Shown here in pieces: positions 10,770-20,299 of a stretch of 64,000 nt of DNA (its first letter is position 1; the number at the start of each line of letters is the position of its first letter). The stretch is taken from contig CAUQYZ010000003.1 in the NCBI GenBank assembly GCA_963522845.1, positions 5,914-69,913 of the forward strand. The letters run 5' to 3'. Origin of the DNA: an uncultured Candidatus Saccharibacteria bacterium. GTDB taxonomy: Bacteria; Patescibacteriota; Saccharimonadia; Saccharimonadales; Saccharimonadaceae. Under the pieces are notes generated by a model. That model was given only the letters and a program-made list of their open reading frames with translations, searched no databases and was not told the DNA's origin. A program made the position numbers and the translations under genes.

Positions 10770-11530
10770 AGTACCCCCGCCTTCGTCTCCGCCGGTCGGT
10801 TGGCGGCGGCTGTATCTCTGACGACCACCCCATCACGTAGCTCGATGACTCGGTCGGCTTCTCCGGCAATCTGTTGATTATGGGTAACTATCACTACTGT
10901 CGTACCGAGCTGGCGGTTAATCTGATGAAAGATGCCGGTGATGGTCCGACTGTTTGCCGAGTCCAGGTTGCCGGTCGGTTCGTCAGCCAGCAGTATGCTC
11001 GGACGATTGATGATGGCTCGACAGATGGCGACTCGCTGGGCTTGCCCGCCCGATAGTTCGCTCGGCAAGGCGTCGATCTTCTCGTCAAGTCCGACGGCGT
11101 AGAGAGTCTGGCGAGCCTTATCTCGGGCTTGATTATAGGGCTGTCCGGCAAACATCGTCGGCACTACGACATTATTGACGACGGAGAGGAACGGCTGGAG
11201 GTGAAACGCCTGGAAAACGAAACCGATGCTGGTGCTGCGCAACTGACTCAGCTGGTTGTCATTGAGCCCGGCGATGTCTTGCCCATTGATGTAGACCTGG
11301 CCGGCCGAAGGCTTCTCCAGGGCACCGATCAGTCGCAGCATGGTGCTCTTACCGCTGCCACTTTCTCCGGTGACGGCGACAAACTCACCCGGCTGAATGC
11401 TTAACGATACATCCCGCAAGGCGGTTACTGTCTGGCGCCTGAGCTGATAAGATTGGCTAACTTGGCTCAGCAATATGGCACTACTGCCACCGGCTACTTT
11501 TTGGTTTACCTCTTTCCCACCTGCCATCAC
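10766..11530 (-). CDS. ABC transporter ATP-binding protein (LolD/MacB-like)
   Basis: [24 protein letters not shown]. Confidence 0.95.
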   Translation of the reverse strand: MMAGGKEVNQKVAGGSSAILLSQVSQSYQLRRQTVTALRDVSLSIQPGEFVAVTGESGSGKSTMLRLIGALEKPSAGQVYINGQDIAGLNDNQLSQLRSTSIGFVFQAFHLQPFLSVVNNVVVPTMFAGQPYNQARDKARQTLYAVGLDEKIDALPSELSGGQAQRVAICRAIINRPSILLADEPTGNLDSANSRTITGIFHQINRQLGTTVVIVTHNQQIAGEADRVIELRDGVVVRDTAAANRPAETKAGVL

Positions 11531-11753
11531 TGATTATTAGTATAGTCCAGGTCTTCAGTTGTGGCAAGGCAGAACAACATGCTGTCTGCAAGATCTGTTG
11601 CAATAAATCTTGGATGACTAATTTATGACGTGCGTGTTGGGCTTGTATTTTGACTAAACTACAACGCTTACTACAATAAGCACATCTTGTATTCGCTTAT
11701 GGTATGACCTATACTCCCTTTGAGGGGAAGTTAAGTAGGCTAGGCTAGTCAAA

Positions 11754-12455
11754 ATGAAACCACTGATTGATCTACGAAGGGTCGAAAAAACATATTTAGC
11801 CAAAAGACAGGCTATCATAGCTTTGCGTAGTGTCAGTTTGCAAGTTAAACAGGGTGAGTTTCTAGCTATAACCGGAGAAAGCGGTAGTGGCAAGAGCACT
11901 ATGCTACGGATAATTGGCGCACTGGAGAAGCCGACTTCGGGGCAAGTGATTATTGATGGGCATGACGTATCAAAGTTTAGTGACCATGAACTGAGTAAGT
12001 TACGCAATGAGAAAATCGGTTTCGTCTTTCAGTCATTCAATTTACAGCCGTTCTTATCGGTACTTGACAACGTTTCTACGCCGGCAATATTTGCAGGAAG
12101 TCCGCTCAAGCTATCACGAGACAGAGCTAAACAACTGTTGGAGTCTGTTGGGCTGGGAGATAAGGCAAACTCGCTACCCGGCGAGCTATCTGGCGGTCAG
12201 ATGCAGCGAGTGGCAATTTGCCGGTCAGTTATTAATCGCCCTAGCATATTGTTGGCTGATGAGCCGACGGGAAACCTTGATTCTGTCAACAGCCGGGTGA
12301 TATACGATTTATTTAGGGAAATAAACCGGAGACTGAGTACAACCATAGTAATCGTGACTCACAGCCAAAACATGGCTAATCACGCTGATAGAATTATTAG
12401 GCTTAGGGATGGAGAGATTATTGGTGATGTGGATCGCTGGGAGGATGGAGAATGA
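11754..12455 (+). CDS. ABC transporter ATP-binding protein (paralog of 10766-11530)
   Basis: [24 protein letters not shown]. Confidence 0.95.
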   Translation: MKPLIDLRRVEKTYLAKRQAIIALRSVSLQVKQGEFLAITGESGSGKSTMLRIIGALEKPTSGQVIIDGHDVSKFSDHELSKLRNEKIGFVFQSFNLQPFLSVLDNVSTPAIFAGSPLKLSRDRAKQLLESVGLGDKANSLPGELSGGQMQRVAICRSVINRPSILLADEPTGNLDSVNSRVIYDLFREINRRLSTTIVIVTHSQNMANHADRIIRLRDGEIIGDVDRWEDGE

Positions 12456-14440
12456 TAAGGACTACTGCGGCTATACTTTTAGCTAAATCTAAATTCCACA
12501 CTAAACGTAGGCTAACAATCTTATCGTTATCTATTGCTAGCATATTACTAGGTGTCCTGATGACATTAACTGTAATATCGCATGGACTAATCACAAACTT
12601 AAATAAGTATGTTAAAAAAGCTGGTGGCGAAAAATACCAGGTATCCGTGAGGGCAATTATTCCATCTGATATAAGCTCCTCCTTTGACAATCTCGATCAC
12701 ACCACCATTGATAATATTCGACTCTTTGAGAAACAGTATCGTACAACGAAAGCTGAACAATACCGCTTGCTGGGACTGAAATACAATGAAAGTGAAGATG
12801 CGCCAGCGTTAAGGTTTAGTCAGTTTGCATCGAAAGGTGAACCCGAGAAGTACCGTGTTGAATTTGATGACTCTTCTCCCATTGCTAAAAAATTGATTAA
12901 TCGTAAATACGAGGAATGGGCTAAGACGGCGAAAAATAAGACTCGGGACCTACTGAACACCGTAAAAAAATATGGTAAACCTTTGTACTACTCAAATTAT
13001 GGCGCCTATAAGAATTATCTAAATCAGAATAACTCGCAAATCATTATTAATAACCGGGAAAGACTAAGTAATTGGGTCGATAATAAGAGTATGTATAGTG
13101 GCAATAGTCTCAAGAGAAGCTACTTTGCTGGTGTTAATGACAAACTTGTTGAGAAATATATTACATATCATGGGAAACTGAAGGGCATCCCTGTTGTTGC
13201 CTCTGTTTACGATGTTGCTGATTTGTTTGGCGACCAATTGCATGTTGACAGAAAACCGCCAAACGGCAATGCAGCCAGAGCAGAATGGTTAAAAGAGGTA
13301 CAACATAAAGCTAATGGCTTTACTTATCAAGTATGTTATCGCAACGCTGTTGAGCGTACAGTACTAACCAAGATTCAACAGGCTAGCAATGATACGTCAA
13401 ATGAAAAGATAGATAACCGTGAAGGTGCTTCGGCTGATGGAGAGGGTCTATATTATCGACTGCCAACTATACCTTGCGGTGATATAGTTGCCGTGGCTGA
13501 TAGACGTACTGTCGAACAAAAGAATAACGACCTCTTGCAAAACATTGCGAATAAGAAACTTGGGATTGCTACCGATCCAAGACATCGACTAATAACTATG
13601 CAAATAGTTGGGATATCAAATGAAAAAGAGGATCCGACTGTGATGGTTAATAATAACATTTTTGATATGGCAAGGTCAGTTTTGAAATCGAGTCCAGGTT
13701 TTGGAGGTACTACATTGGTTCCAAATACGTTGTACTTATCGGCCCCAAATGATGCAAGGGTTGATAATCTAGACAGCGAGGACTTGACTCTTGATGCGGT
13801 GGCTGGTCTATCGGACTCTACGTCCAAACAATTTCCTTATGGCATGCTAGAGTTCTCATCAGCTGAACAAGCTCGTAAATTTCTTGCCAACGAGACGTGC
13901 AATATCTCAAATCCAAATTGTGGAAAGGCTTATGAAGCGTCACAGTACGGCGTTAATTTCCTTGTGCTTGACGACTTAATTAATGGCGTGAATAGAATTA
14001 TTTCTATCATTTTTGTAGTGGTTGCTAGTCTGGTGGCGATAATCATATGGTTAACAATTTCTCGAATTATAAGTGAGAGCAGACGTGAGACAGCTGTTTA
14101 TCGTGCCGTTGGAGCTAAGAGAGCAGACATTGTTCTTGTCTATCTATCTTATACGATCATGCTAGCTTTGATCATTATTGCTTTCGCATTTATCATTGCA
14201 ACCATTCTATCTGCCGTCGTCGCATATATGGCAACACCATATTTATTAGTGGCGGCTCAGGCTTCGTTTGGTATTATAGGTAGCATTTCGACCGTTAGTC
14301 TGGTTGAGCTGAATGATTACGTGTTGGTCATGATGTTATGGATGGCTTTATTGATTGTGGCAATATCAGTTTTGTCTGCTATTCAGCCTATAGTTCGTAA
14401 TATGAGAAGGGAGCCCGCAAATGACTTAGCTGTTGAGTGA
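12452..14440 (+). CDS. ABC exporter permease (paralog of 8751-10769), AT-rich
   Basis: Shares KFHTKRRLTILSL, GLYYRLPT.PCGDI, QYGVNFLVLD and ISRIISESR.ETAVYRA with 8751-10769. Confidence 0.88.
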   Translation: MIRTTAAILLAKSKFHTKRRLTILSLSIASILLGVLMTLTVISHGLITNLNKYVKKAGGEKYQVSVRAIIPSDISSSFDNLDHTTIDNIRLFEKQYRTTKAEQYRLLGLKYNESEDAPALRFSQFASKGEPEKYRVEFDDSSPIAKKLINRKYEEWAKTAKNKTRDLLNTVKKYGKPLYYSNYGAYKNYLNQNNSQIIINNRERLSNWVDNKSMYSGNSLKRSYFAGVNDKLVEKYITYHGKLKGIPVVASVYDVADLFGDQLHVDRKPPNGNAARAEWLKEVQHKANGFTYQVCYRNAVERTVLTKIQQASNDTSNEKIDNREGASADGEGLYYRLPTIPCGDIVAVADRRTVEQKNNDLLQNIANKKLGIATDPRHRLITMQIVGISNEKEDPTVMVNNNIFDMARSVLKSSPGFGGTTLVPNTLYLSAPNDARVDNLDSEDLTLDAVAGLSDSTSKQFPYGMLEFSSAEQARKFLANETCNISNPNCGKAYEASQYGVNFLVLDDLINGVNRIISIIFVVVASLVAIIIWLTISRIISESRRETAVYRAVGAKRADIVLVYLSYTIMLALIIIAFAFIIATILSAVVAYMATPYLLVAAQASFGIIGSISTVSLVELNDYVLVMMLWMALLIVAISVLSAIQPIVRNMRREPANDLAVE

Positions 14441-14530
14441 AATTGAGTGGCTGTTGGTTTTAATTTACCTAATATTATTAATTAGTAGCTAACTAATACC
14501 TGTTGCATTAGTTTGCAAGGAGGATGTTAT

Positions 14531-14863
14531 ATGTCTAGTATATTATCAACAAAAATTGCTTCCAAAATAAGTCTTGCGCTTGTAGCGTTTGGCGTGGTGG
14601 CGGTTATGTCTGTTGTTGGGGCTAAGCCAGCAATGGCTAAACAGCACGACATAAATATGTGGGATGCTTGCGAATACCAATACGGCTCCATTATGAGTGT
14701 CGTCTCAATCGCTGATAACGTTTACGGTTGGCGATGTCATTGGTGGGGATCTAACGGTCGTATGTATGGACAGCTGAATCTCAGAAGTTACTGTGGCCAC
14801 AGATATGGACAGGGAGCATACTATCGCAATTTCCACGATAAATACAGCTGGTATTGCGGATAA
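14531..14863 (+). CDS. Small secreted 4-Cys, aromatic-rich protein (bacteriocin-like candidate)
   Basis: SD AGGAGG; Sec signal ending PAMA; two internal C-x3-YG...Y-x-W-x-C repeats. Confidence 0.8.
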   Translation: MSSILSTKIASKISLALVAFGVVAVMSVVGAKPAMAKQHDINMWDACEYQYGSIMSVVSIADNVYGWRCHWWGSNGRMYGQLNLRSYCGHRYGQGAYYRNFHDKYSWYCG

Positions 14864-14877
14864 ATAACTTGCTGACG

Positions 14878-14916
14878 TTAAAATTAAAGGAGTCTTCAGG
14901 ACTCCTTTAATTTTAA
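14878..14916. terminator. Bidirectional intrinsic terminator
   Basis: Perfect 17-bp stem TTAAAATTAAAGGAGTC / GACTCCTTTAATTTTAA between convergent genes. Confidence 0.85.
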
Positions 14917-14994
14917 AATAGTAGAACGTGCTAGCGATGCTTCGGATGTATGTGATTATGATTATGTGCATGCTTTAGGGCAAGCCAGTATAAT

Positions 14995-16173
14995 TTAAGG
15001 GACTAAGTCCAGTACCACCAGGTTCTCGATGTGGGGTGTGCGAGGGAAGAAGTTAAACGGTTGGCAAAGGACGGGGCGATAATCTGAGCCGAGACGGGCG
15101 ATATCCCGAGCCTGGGTGACGGGATTGCAGGAGAGGTAGATGAGACGAGGTGGCTTTACCTCGGCTAGTCGGGCAACCAACTTGCTATCCAGTCCGGCTC
15201 GAGGTGGGTCAACGATGATGGTAGCCTCGGGCGTGATATACTCTAGCGCCTCTTCGGAACGGGCGTGTATAGCGGTGATATCAGGGTGATCATCGGGTAA
15301 ATTGTGCTCCAGCTCGCCAAAGGCATGGCGATCGGTCTCGATCAGGGCTAACCGGCGGTCACGAGCCACTGATAGCCCGATAGTACCGACGCCGGCGTAC
15401 ATATCTACGACTTGATCGGTGGTGATGAATGGCTTGATGGTCTGTAGCGCCAGCTGATAGACCGGCAGATTGATTTGAAAGAAGCCGTTTGGCGAGTAGG
15501 TATAGCGGTGCCCTAATATGGTATCGCTAAGCTGTTTCATCTGAGGATGAGGCTGGTTCATAGCGAAGAGAGCGCTGCTAACCTGCCCCGCTTGGTCGCA
15601 CCTGATCATGATTGATTGATAGTGGCGAGCCTGAGCTCCGGTGCTATTGAGCTGATCGATCAGGCGATTAGCCTCCTGCCAAATCTCGACCCGTTCTATA
15701 GAGCTGTGCCGTACGGTAATCTTGCGGTGGCTACCCCGCCCGTGAAAAGCCGGGTAGATGCGCTCAGTCTGATGATCCCACCACAGCGAGTACTCCATCT
15801 TGTTGCGGTAGTGATAATACCGCCCATCGCTGACGATTTCGTTTGGCTCGATCTCCACCCGGTGCTGACGGAAAGCTTCTTTGACTAGCGCCACCTTATG
15901 CCGGCTTTCGGCGGACTCAGTCATGATCTGCCAGGGTGAAGTGGCGAGGAAGCAATCGTCCCTCGGGGCAATTCGCTCGGGCGACGGCGTAATGATCTCG
16001 CCGGCAACAGCTTCGGCGTGAGTTTTCTTTAGCTTGGTTAGCCGGACTAGGGCGGTCTCACCCGGTAAAGCTCCCCAGGCGAAGACTTTTCTGCCATCAG
16101 CCAGGTCGCCGATAGCTTGTCCGCCCGGAACCAGCTGCTCCAGCTTGACTACCTCCTCAATGATTCGCTTCAC
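14995..16173 (-). CDS. rlmD: RNA m5U methyltransferase, RlmD/TrmA family with TRAM domain
   Basis: YRNKM, FFQIN, DMYAGVGTIG, VDPPRAGL, YLSCNP.TQARD, FFPRTPHIE; start uncertain. Confidence 0.85.
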   Translation of the reverse strand: MKRIIEEVVKLEQLVPGGQAIGDLADGRKVFAWGALPGETALVRLTKLKKTHAEAVAGEIITPSPERIAPRDDCFLATSPWQIMTESAESRHKVALVKEAFRQHRVEIEPNEIVSDGRYYHYRNKMEYSLWWDHQTERIYPAFHGRGSHRKITVRHSSIERVEIWQEANRLIDQLNSTGAQARHYQSIMIRCDQAGQVSSALFAMNQPHPQMKQLSDTILGHRYTYSPNGFFQINLPVYQLALQTIKPFITTDQVVDMYAGVGTIGLSVARDRRLALIETDRHAFGELEHNLPDDHPDITAIHARSEEALEYITPEATIIVDPPRAGLDSKLVARLAEVKPPRLIYLSCNPVTQARDIARLGSDYRPVLCQPFNFFPRTPHIENLVVLDLVP

Positions 16174-18094
16174 GTCTCTGCCCCAGGATGATGAAACTGA
16201 CCGGCTCAACGCCGATTTCGCTCTCGGCCGGTTGAGGATTCTGCCACAGCCAGGTGTCATTGGCGGTAGCTAAAACCTGCCATTCGCCGTTAAGGCTAAG
16301 GAGATGGGGTGCTTGATTGCGATTGTAGACAATCATCAGCTTAGCCCAGGGCGACGAATGGTCTTGGTCGTCATTGTCTAGCGAATAGCCGACTACGCCG
16401 GGGGTGTGCCAACTATCATATTGACGCCGATGGGCGCTCGGCGATTTGTCGTAGAGAGCGGGTAGCTGCTGACGAAGAGAGATTAGCCCTCGATAAAACT
16501 CGGCTAGTGACCGCTCTTCGCCCACCCTACTCCAGTCGAGCTGACTAAGTTCGATTGGTGAACGGTAGGAGTTGCTCTGGCCGTGCTTGGTCCGACGAAA
16601 AGTCGAACCCGACAGCATGAAGGGTCGCCCCTGACAGGTCAGATAGATACCGACAGCGAGGCGGTACTGTCTGCGGCGCAGCGACTCGTCGGGCGTGGTG
16701 CTGGTGAGCTTGTCCCAGAGAGTCTGATTGTCATGAGCGGAGACGTAGTTGATGATCTGCGCCGGGCTAGCGACGTCTGAGCCTTCGCCACACCAAGCCG
16801 CAGCACTCCTCAGGAGTGTTTCTTCTTTATCTGCCGCTCCATTGACGAAGCCGGCTTCCGCTATATTGCCGGCTGACCCTTTGATGGCGTCTCTGGTCTT
16901 GTCGCAAAAGATACCGATCTGATGATTTAGCAATTTGAGATTGTTTCGATTAGCTAGCGGTTGCCCATCCATCGCCTCACTACCGCCGGCCGACCAAGGC
17001 TCGCCGTAGATGAGCTTCTCACCTGCTCCGAACTGTCGGTCAAGGAGGTCTTGGATCCGGTTCATCAGCTCTATCGTCAGCACCCCCATCAGGTCAAAGC
17101 GAAAGCCGTCGAGGTGGTACTCGTTTGCCCAGTAGAGGACGCTGTCGGTAATGTATTTGGCTACCATTGGTCGCTCGCTGGCCAGATCGTTACCACAGCC
17201 CGAGCCATTGGTAAGCTCACCATCCTTGGTGCGATAGAAGTAATAAGGCATGGTCTGCTCCAGCGTCGTATCCAGGCTCCAGGTGTGATTGTAGACTACG
17301 TCCATAACCACTCGAAAGCCCTGCTGGTGGAGTGCCTGAATGGCTCGTTTAAGCTCTCTGATGCGCACCTCACCGTGGCATGGGTCAGTCGAGTACGAAC
17401 CCTCCGGCACATTATAATTAACCGGGTCGTAGCCCCAATTAAACTCGCTACTGCTCCGTTCGTCGACCGAGCCGAAGTCATATATGGGCATGAGCTGCAA
17501 ATGAGTGATGCCAATATGCTTGAGGTAAGCCAGCCCCGTCTTGGTCTGACCGTCGCTATTTAGACTGGTGTCAGGGATAGCCAGAGCTAAGAACTTGCCT
17601 CGCACCGGCTCGGCCCAGCCACCAGCCGGATCGGACGAAAACTCCTTGATGTGTATCTCGTCAATGATTTGCTCCGGCGTGAGCTCGGGTGGTTGGTCGT
17701 TTAGCCAGTCAAGCGGATTAGTCTGACTGAGGTCTACCAGCATGGCTCGTCTACCATTGATACCGGTGGTACGAGCGTAGGGGTCGCCGGCTGGATGAGT
17801 CTCGCCGTCAATGGTAATGGTGAAGTCGTAATAGGTGCCATGAAAGCTGCGAGGGGCTGACCACACCCAGACACCGTTCGCCTGTTCAGTCATGGTGGCT
17901 TGCCAATAAGGCTGGCTAGCCGATTTACCGTCGTGGTAGAAGTTGAGCTTGATGGTTTGGGCGACCGGACTCCATAGCTTGATCACGGTCTCCTGCTCCG
18001 TCACGGTAGCGCCGAGATCATTGCCGTCATAATAGTACTGCTGATGAAAGTCAGCTGAGTCATATAGATCTGCCCACTGTTTGATCGTTCTCAC
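16157..18094 (-). CDS. pulA: Type I pullulanase (GH13)
   Basis: FNWGYDPVNY, MDVVYNH, DGFRFDLMG, YGEPW, YVSAHDN. Confidence 0.93.
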   Translation of the reverse strand: MRTIKQWADLYDSADFHQQYYYDGNDLGATVTEQETVIKLWSPVAQTIKLNFYHDGKSASQPYWQATMTEQANGVWVWSAPRSFHGTYYDFTITIDGETHPAGDPYARTTGINGRRAMLVDLSQTNPLDWLNDQPPELTPEQIIDEIHIKEFSSDPAGGWAEPVRGKFLALAIPDTSLNSDGQTKTGLAYLKHIGITHLQLMPIYDFGSVDERSSSEFNWGYDPVNYNVPEGSYSTDPCHGEVRIRELKRAIQALHQQGFRVVMDVVYNHTWSLDTTLEQTMPYYFYRTKDGELTNGSGCGNDLASERPMVAKYITDSVLYWANEYHLDGFRFDLMGVLTIELMNRIQDLLDRQFGAGEKLIYGEPWSAGGSEAMDGQPLANRNNLKLLNHQIGIFCDKTRDAIKGSAGNIAEAGFVNGAADKEETLLRSAAAWCGEGSDVASPAQIINYVSAHDNQTLWDKLTSTTPDESLRRRQYRLAVGIYLTCQGRPFMLSGSTFRRTKHGQSNSYRSPIELSQLDWSRVGEERSLAEFYRGLISLRQQLPALYDKSPSAHRRQYDSWHTPGVVGYSLDNDDQDHSSPWAKLMIVYNRNQAPHLLSLNGEWQVLATANDTWLWQNPQPAESEIGVEPVSFIILGQRREANH

Positions 18095-18147
18095 TAGCTG
18101 AATTATACCACGGCGCAGGCTCAGGATATGATAAACTAAAGCTAGTT

Positions 18148-18861
18148 ATGGTGACCAATAAGTCTGAGTCTAAGCCGATTATTTCGTTGCACCGAGTGAC
18201 CAAAGTGTATGGCAAGGGCGACAATGCCGTCGAGGCGCTGCGAGGTATCGACCTGGATATCCGCTCGGGCGAGGCGATAGCCATCATCGGTAGAAGCGGC
18301 AGTGGCAAGTCTACCCTGGCTCATGTCATGGCAACACTCGATAGACCGACTAGTGGCAAGGTATTGATTAATGGCTCAGAAGTCGGACGGCGCTCCAGGC
18401 GTGCCTCCAATCGTCTACGCAATCAGGAGATCGGCTTTGTTTTCCAGCAATTCTTTATGAATGCCAGGGACAGCGTTTTAGACAACGTCATGTTGCCGAT
18501 GGTGATCGCCGGGATTCGTCCTAAGCTGCGTCGCAAGCGGGCGCTGGATGCTCTGGAGACAGTCGGGCTGCTGGACAAGGCTTACGCTCGGGCGAGCGAC
18601 CTATCGGGCGGGCAGAAGCAGCGAGTCTGCATCGCTCGGGCGATTGTCAACAAGCCCTCCATCATCCTGGCCGATGAACCGACTGGTAACCTGGATACGG
18701 CAACCAGCCGAGTGGTGGAGGATATGCTCTTTCGGCTTAATCAAGAGCGAGGTATCACCTTGGTTATTGTCACTCACGACCCGGACTTAGCTCAGCGTTG
18801 CGGTCGGCAAGTTCGGATTGCTGACGGTCGAGTCGTCAGTGATCAAAAGGAGCGGAAATGA
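18148..18861 (+). CDS. ABC transporter ATP-binding protein
   Basis: [27 protein letters not shown]. Confidence 0.95.
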   Translation: MVTNKSESKPIISLHRVTKVYGKGDNAVEALRGIDLDIRSGEAIAIIGRSGSGKSTLAHVMATLDRPTSGKVLINGSEVGRRSRRASNRLRNQEIGFVFQQFFMNARDSVLDNVMLPMVIAGIRPKLRRKRALDALETVGLLDKAYARASDLSGGQKQRVCIARAIVNKPSIILADEPTGNLDTATSRVVEDMLFRLNQERGITLVIVTHDPDLAQRCGRQVRIADGRVVSDQKERK

Positions 18862-20162
18862 GGCTTTCGGATATTATCAAGCAAGCGAATCATAACCTAT
18901 GGCACAATCGTTCGAGGACTATCTTGACCACCTTGGCGATCACGGTTGGCTCGTTGACTATCATGTTGACCGTCGGTATCAATGCCGGAGTTAATGGCTA
19001 TATTGACAAACAGGTCAAGAGTACCGGCGGTAACGATATCATTGAAGTGATGCCTAAAGGTATAGCCGATCGGATGTCGAGCATGATGACGCTGGGAGCA
19101 ACCGAGGTGCAGGAATACCGAAGTAATCAGGGGCAGAGTCAGCAGGTATCGCTGACTGATCGTGACTTAGCCGGGATCAAGCGTCTCAAGGGGGTCAAGC
19201 TGGCTAAGCTAAGTGACCTCCTCTACCCGAGCTATATCACTCGTGACCGGGACGAAGCTAAGAAATACAAGCTGACTGTCGGACCGCTGGCAGCTAGCAG
19301 CATCAAGCTGGATCTGGCGGCCGGTCGCAGTGTCCGGATTGACGGCTCAGAGGCGGAGGCTATCTTGCCTGATCGCTATCTGGAGCCGCTTGGCTTTAGT
19401 TCCGCCAAGCAAGCGATAGGACAGGTGGTTCGAGTGGGCGTGCCGCACCGGCTGGGTGGTCAGATAGATGAAGTGAAGATCAGAATAGCCGGCGTACAGA
19501 ATCAGAGCATCGTCGGCTTCGGTCGAGTATTTCTGAACGATGCTGCAGGCCGACTGATCAGGAGTGTTTACCTGACCGGCATGCCCGAAGCTCTACGGAG
19601 CCAGCATGGCTTGATCATCATCCAGGTCAAGCCCGGTTACGAGTCGAAAGAAAAACTGGCTCAGATCAAGCAGGAGCTGACCAACATGGGCTACAGCAGC
19701 ATCTCGGAGGATGATTACATTTCGTCGATCAAGCTCTTCTTCAATGCCATCACGGTGATCTTGACTATCTTTGGGGTGATCGCTCTGATCACTGCTTCGA
19801 TCGGCATAGTTAATACCTTGCTGATGTCAGTGCAGGAGCGCACTCGTGAGATCGGCCTGATGAAAGCGATGGGGCTAAGCTCGGGGCGGATCTTTGCCCT
19901 ATTTAGCCTGGAGGCGGTAAGCTTAGGCTTCTGGGGCGGGATGCTGGCGGCCGGTCTAGCGGTGGTGATCAAGCAGACGGTTAATCCGTGGGCAGGGCGC
20001 AACTTCCTGTCCGGCTTACCCGGCTTCAATCTGATCGAGCTCAATCCTCTCTATGTCGGGGCGATCGTGGTGATAGTCATGGTGGTGGCTTTCCTGGCCG
20101 GTACTCTGCCGGCTAAACGAGCGACCAAGCAAGACCCCATCCAGGCTCTGCGCTACGAGTAA
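18858..20162 (+). CDS. ABC permease, MacB/FtsX family
   Basis: ERTREIGLMKAMG and DPIQALRYE. Confidence 0.93.
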   Translation: MRLSDIIKQANHNLWHNRSRTILTTLAITVGSLTIMLTVGINAGVNGYIDKQVKSTGGNDIIEVMPKGIADRMSSMMTLGATEVQEYRSNQGQSQQVSLTDRDLAGIKRLKGVKLAKLSDLLYPSYITRDRDEAKKYKLTVGPLAASSIKLDLAAGRSVRIDGSEAEAILPDRYLEPLGFSSAKQAIGQVVRVGVPHRLGGQIDEVKIRIAGVQNQSIVGFGRVFLNDAAGRLIRSVYLTGMPEALRSQHGLIIIQVKPGYESKEKLAQIKQELTNMGYSSISEDDYISSIKLFFNAITVILTIFGVIALITASIGIVNTLLMSVQERTREIGLMKAMGLSSGRIFALFSLEAVSLGFWGGMLAAGLAVVIKQTVNPWAGRNFLSGLPGFNLIELNPLYVGAIVVIVMVVAFLAGTLPAKRATKQDPIQALRYE

Positions 20163-20299
20163 TAGTAATAGCGTACCGGGTAGATCACGTGCAGGGGACT
20201 CATGGGTGAAGCCGGCTAGAGCTAAATCAGCTTGCGTGTCAGTGGCGTCTCTTTGACCAAGGTGGTGGCTTCCTCGCCCACCGCACTCACATTGACTAT

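Noticed and set aside
11540..14990. Target-site duplication or att sites around the AT-rich ABC/peptide island
   Set aside because: No flanking direct or inverted repeats found by eye
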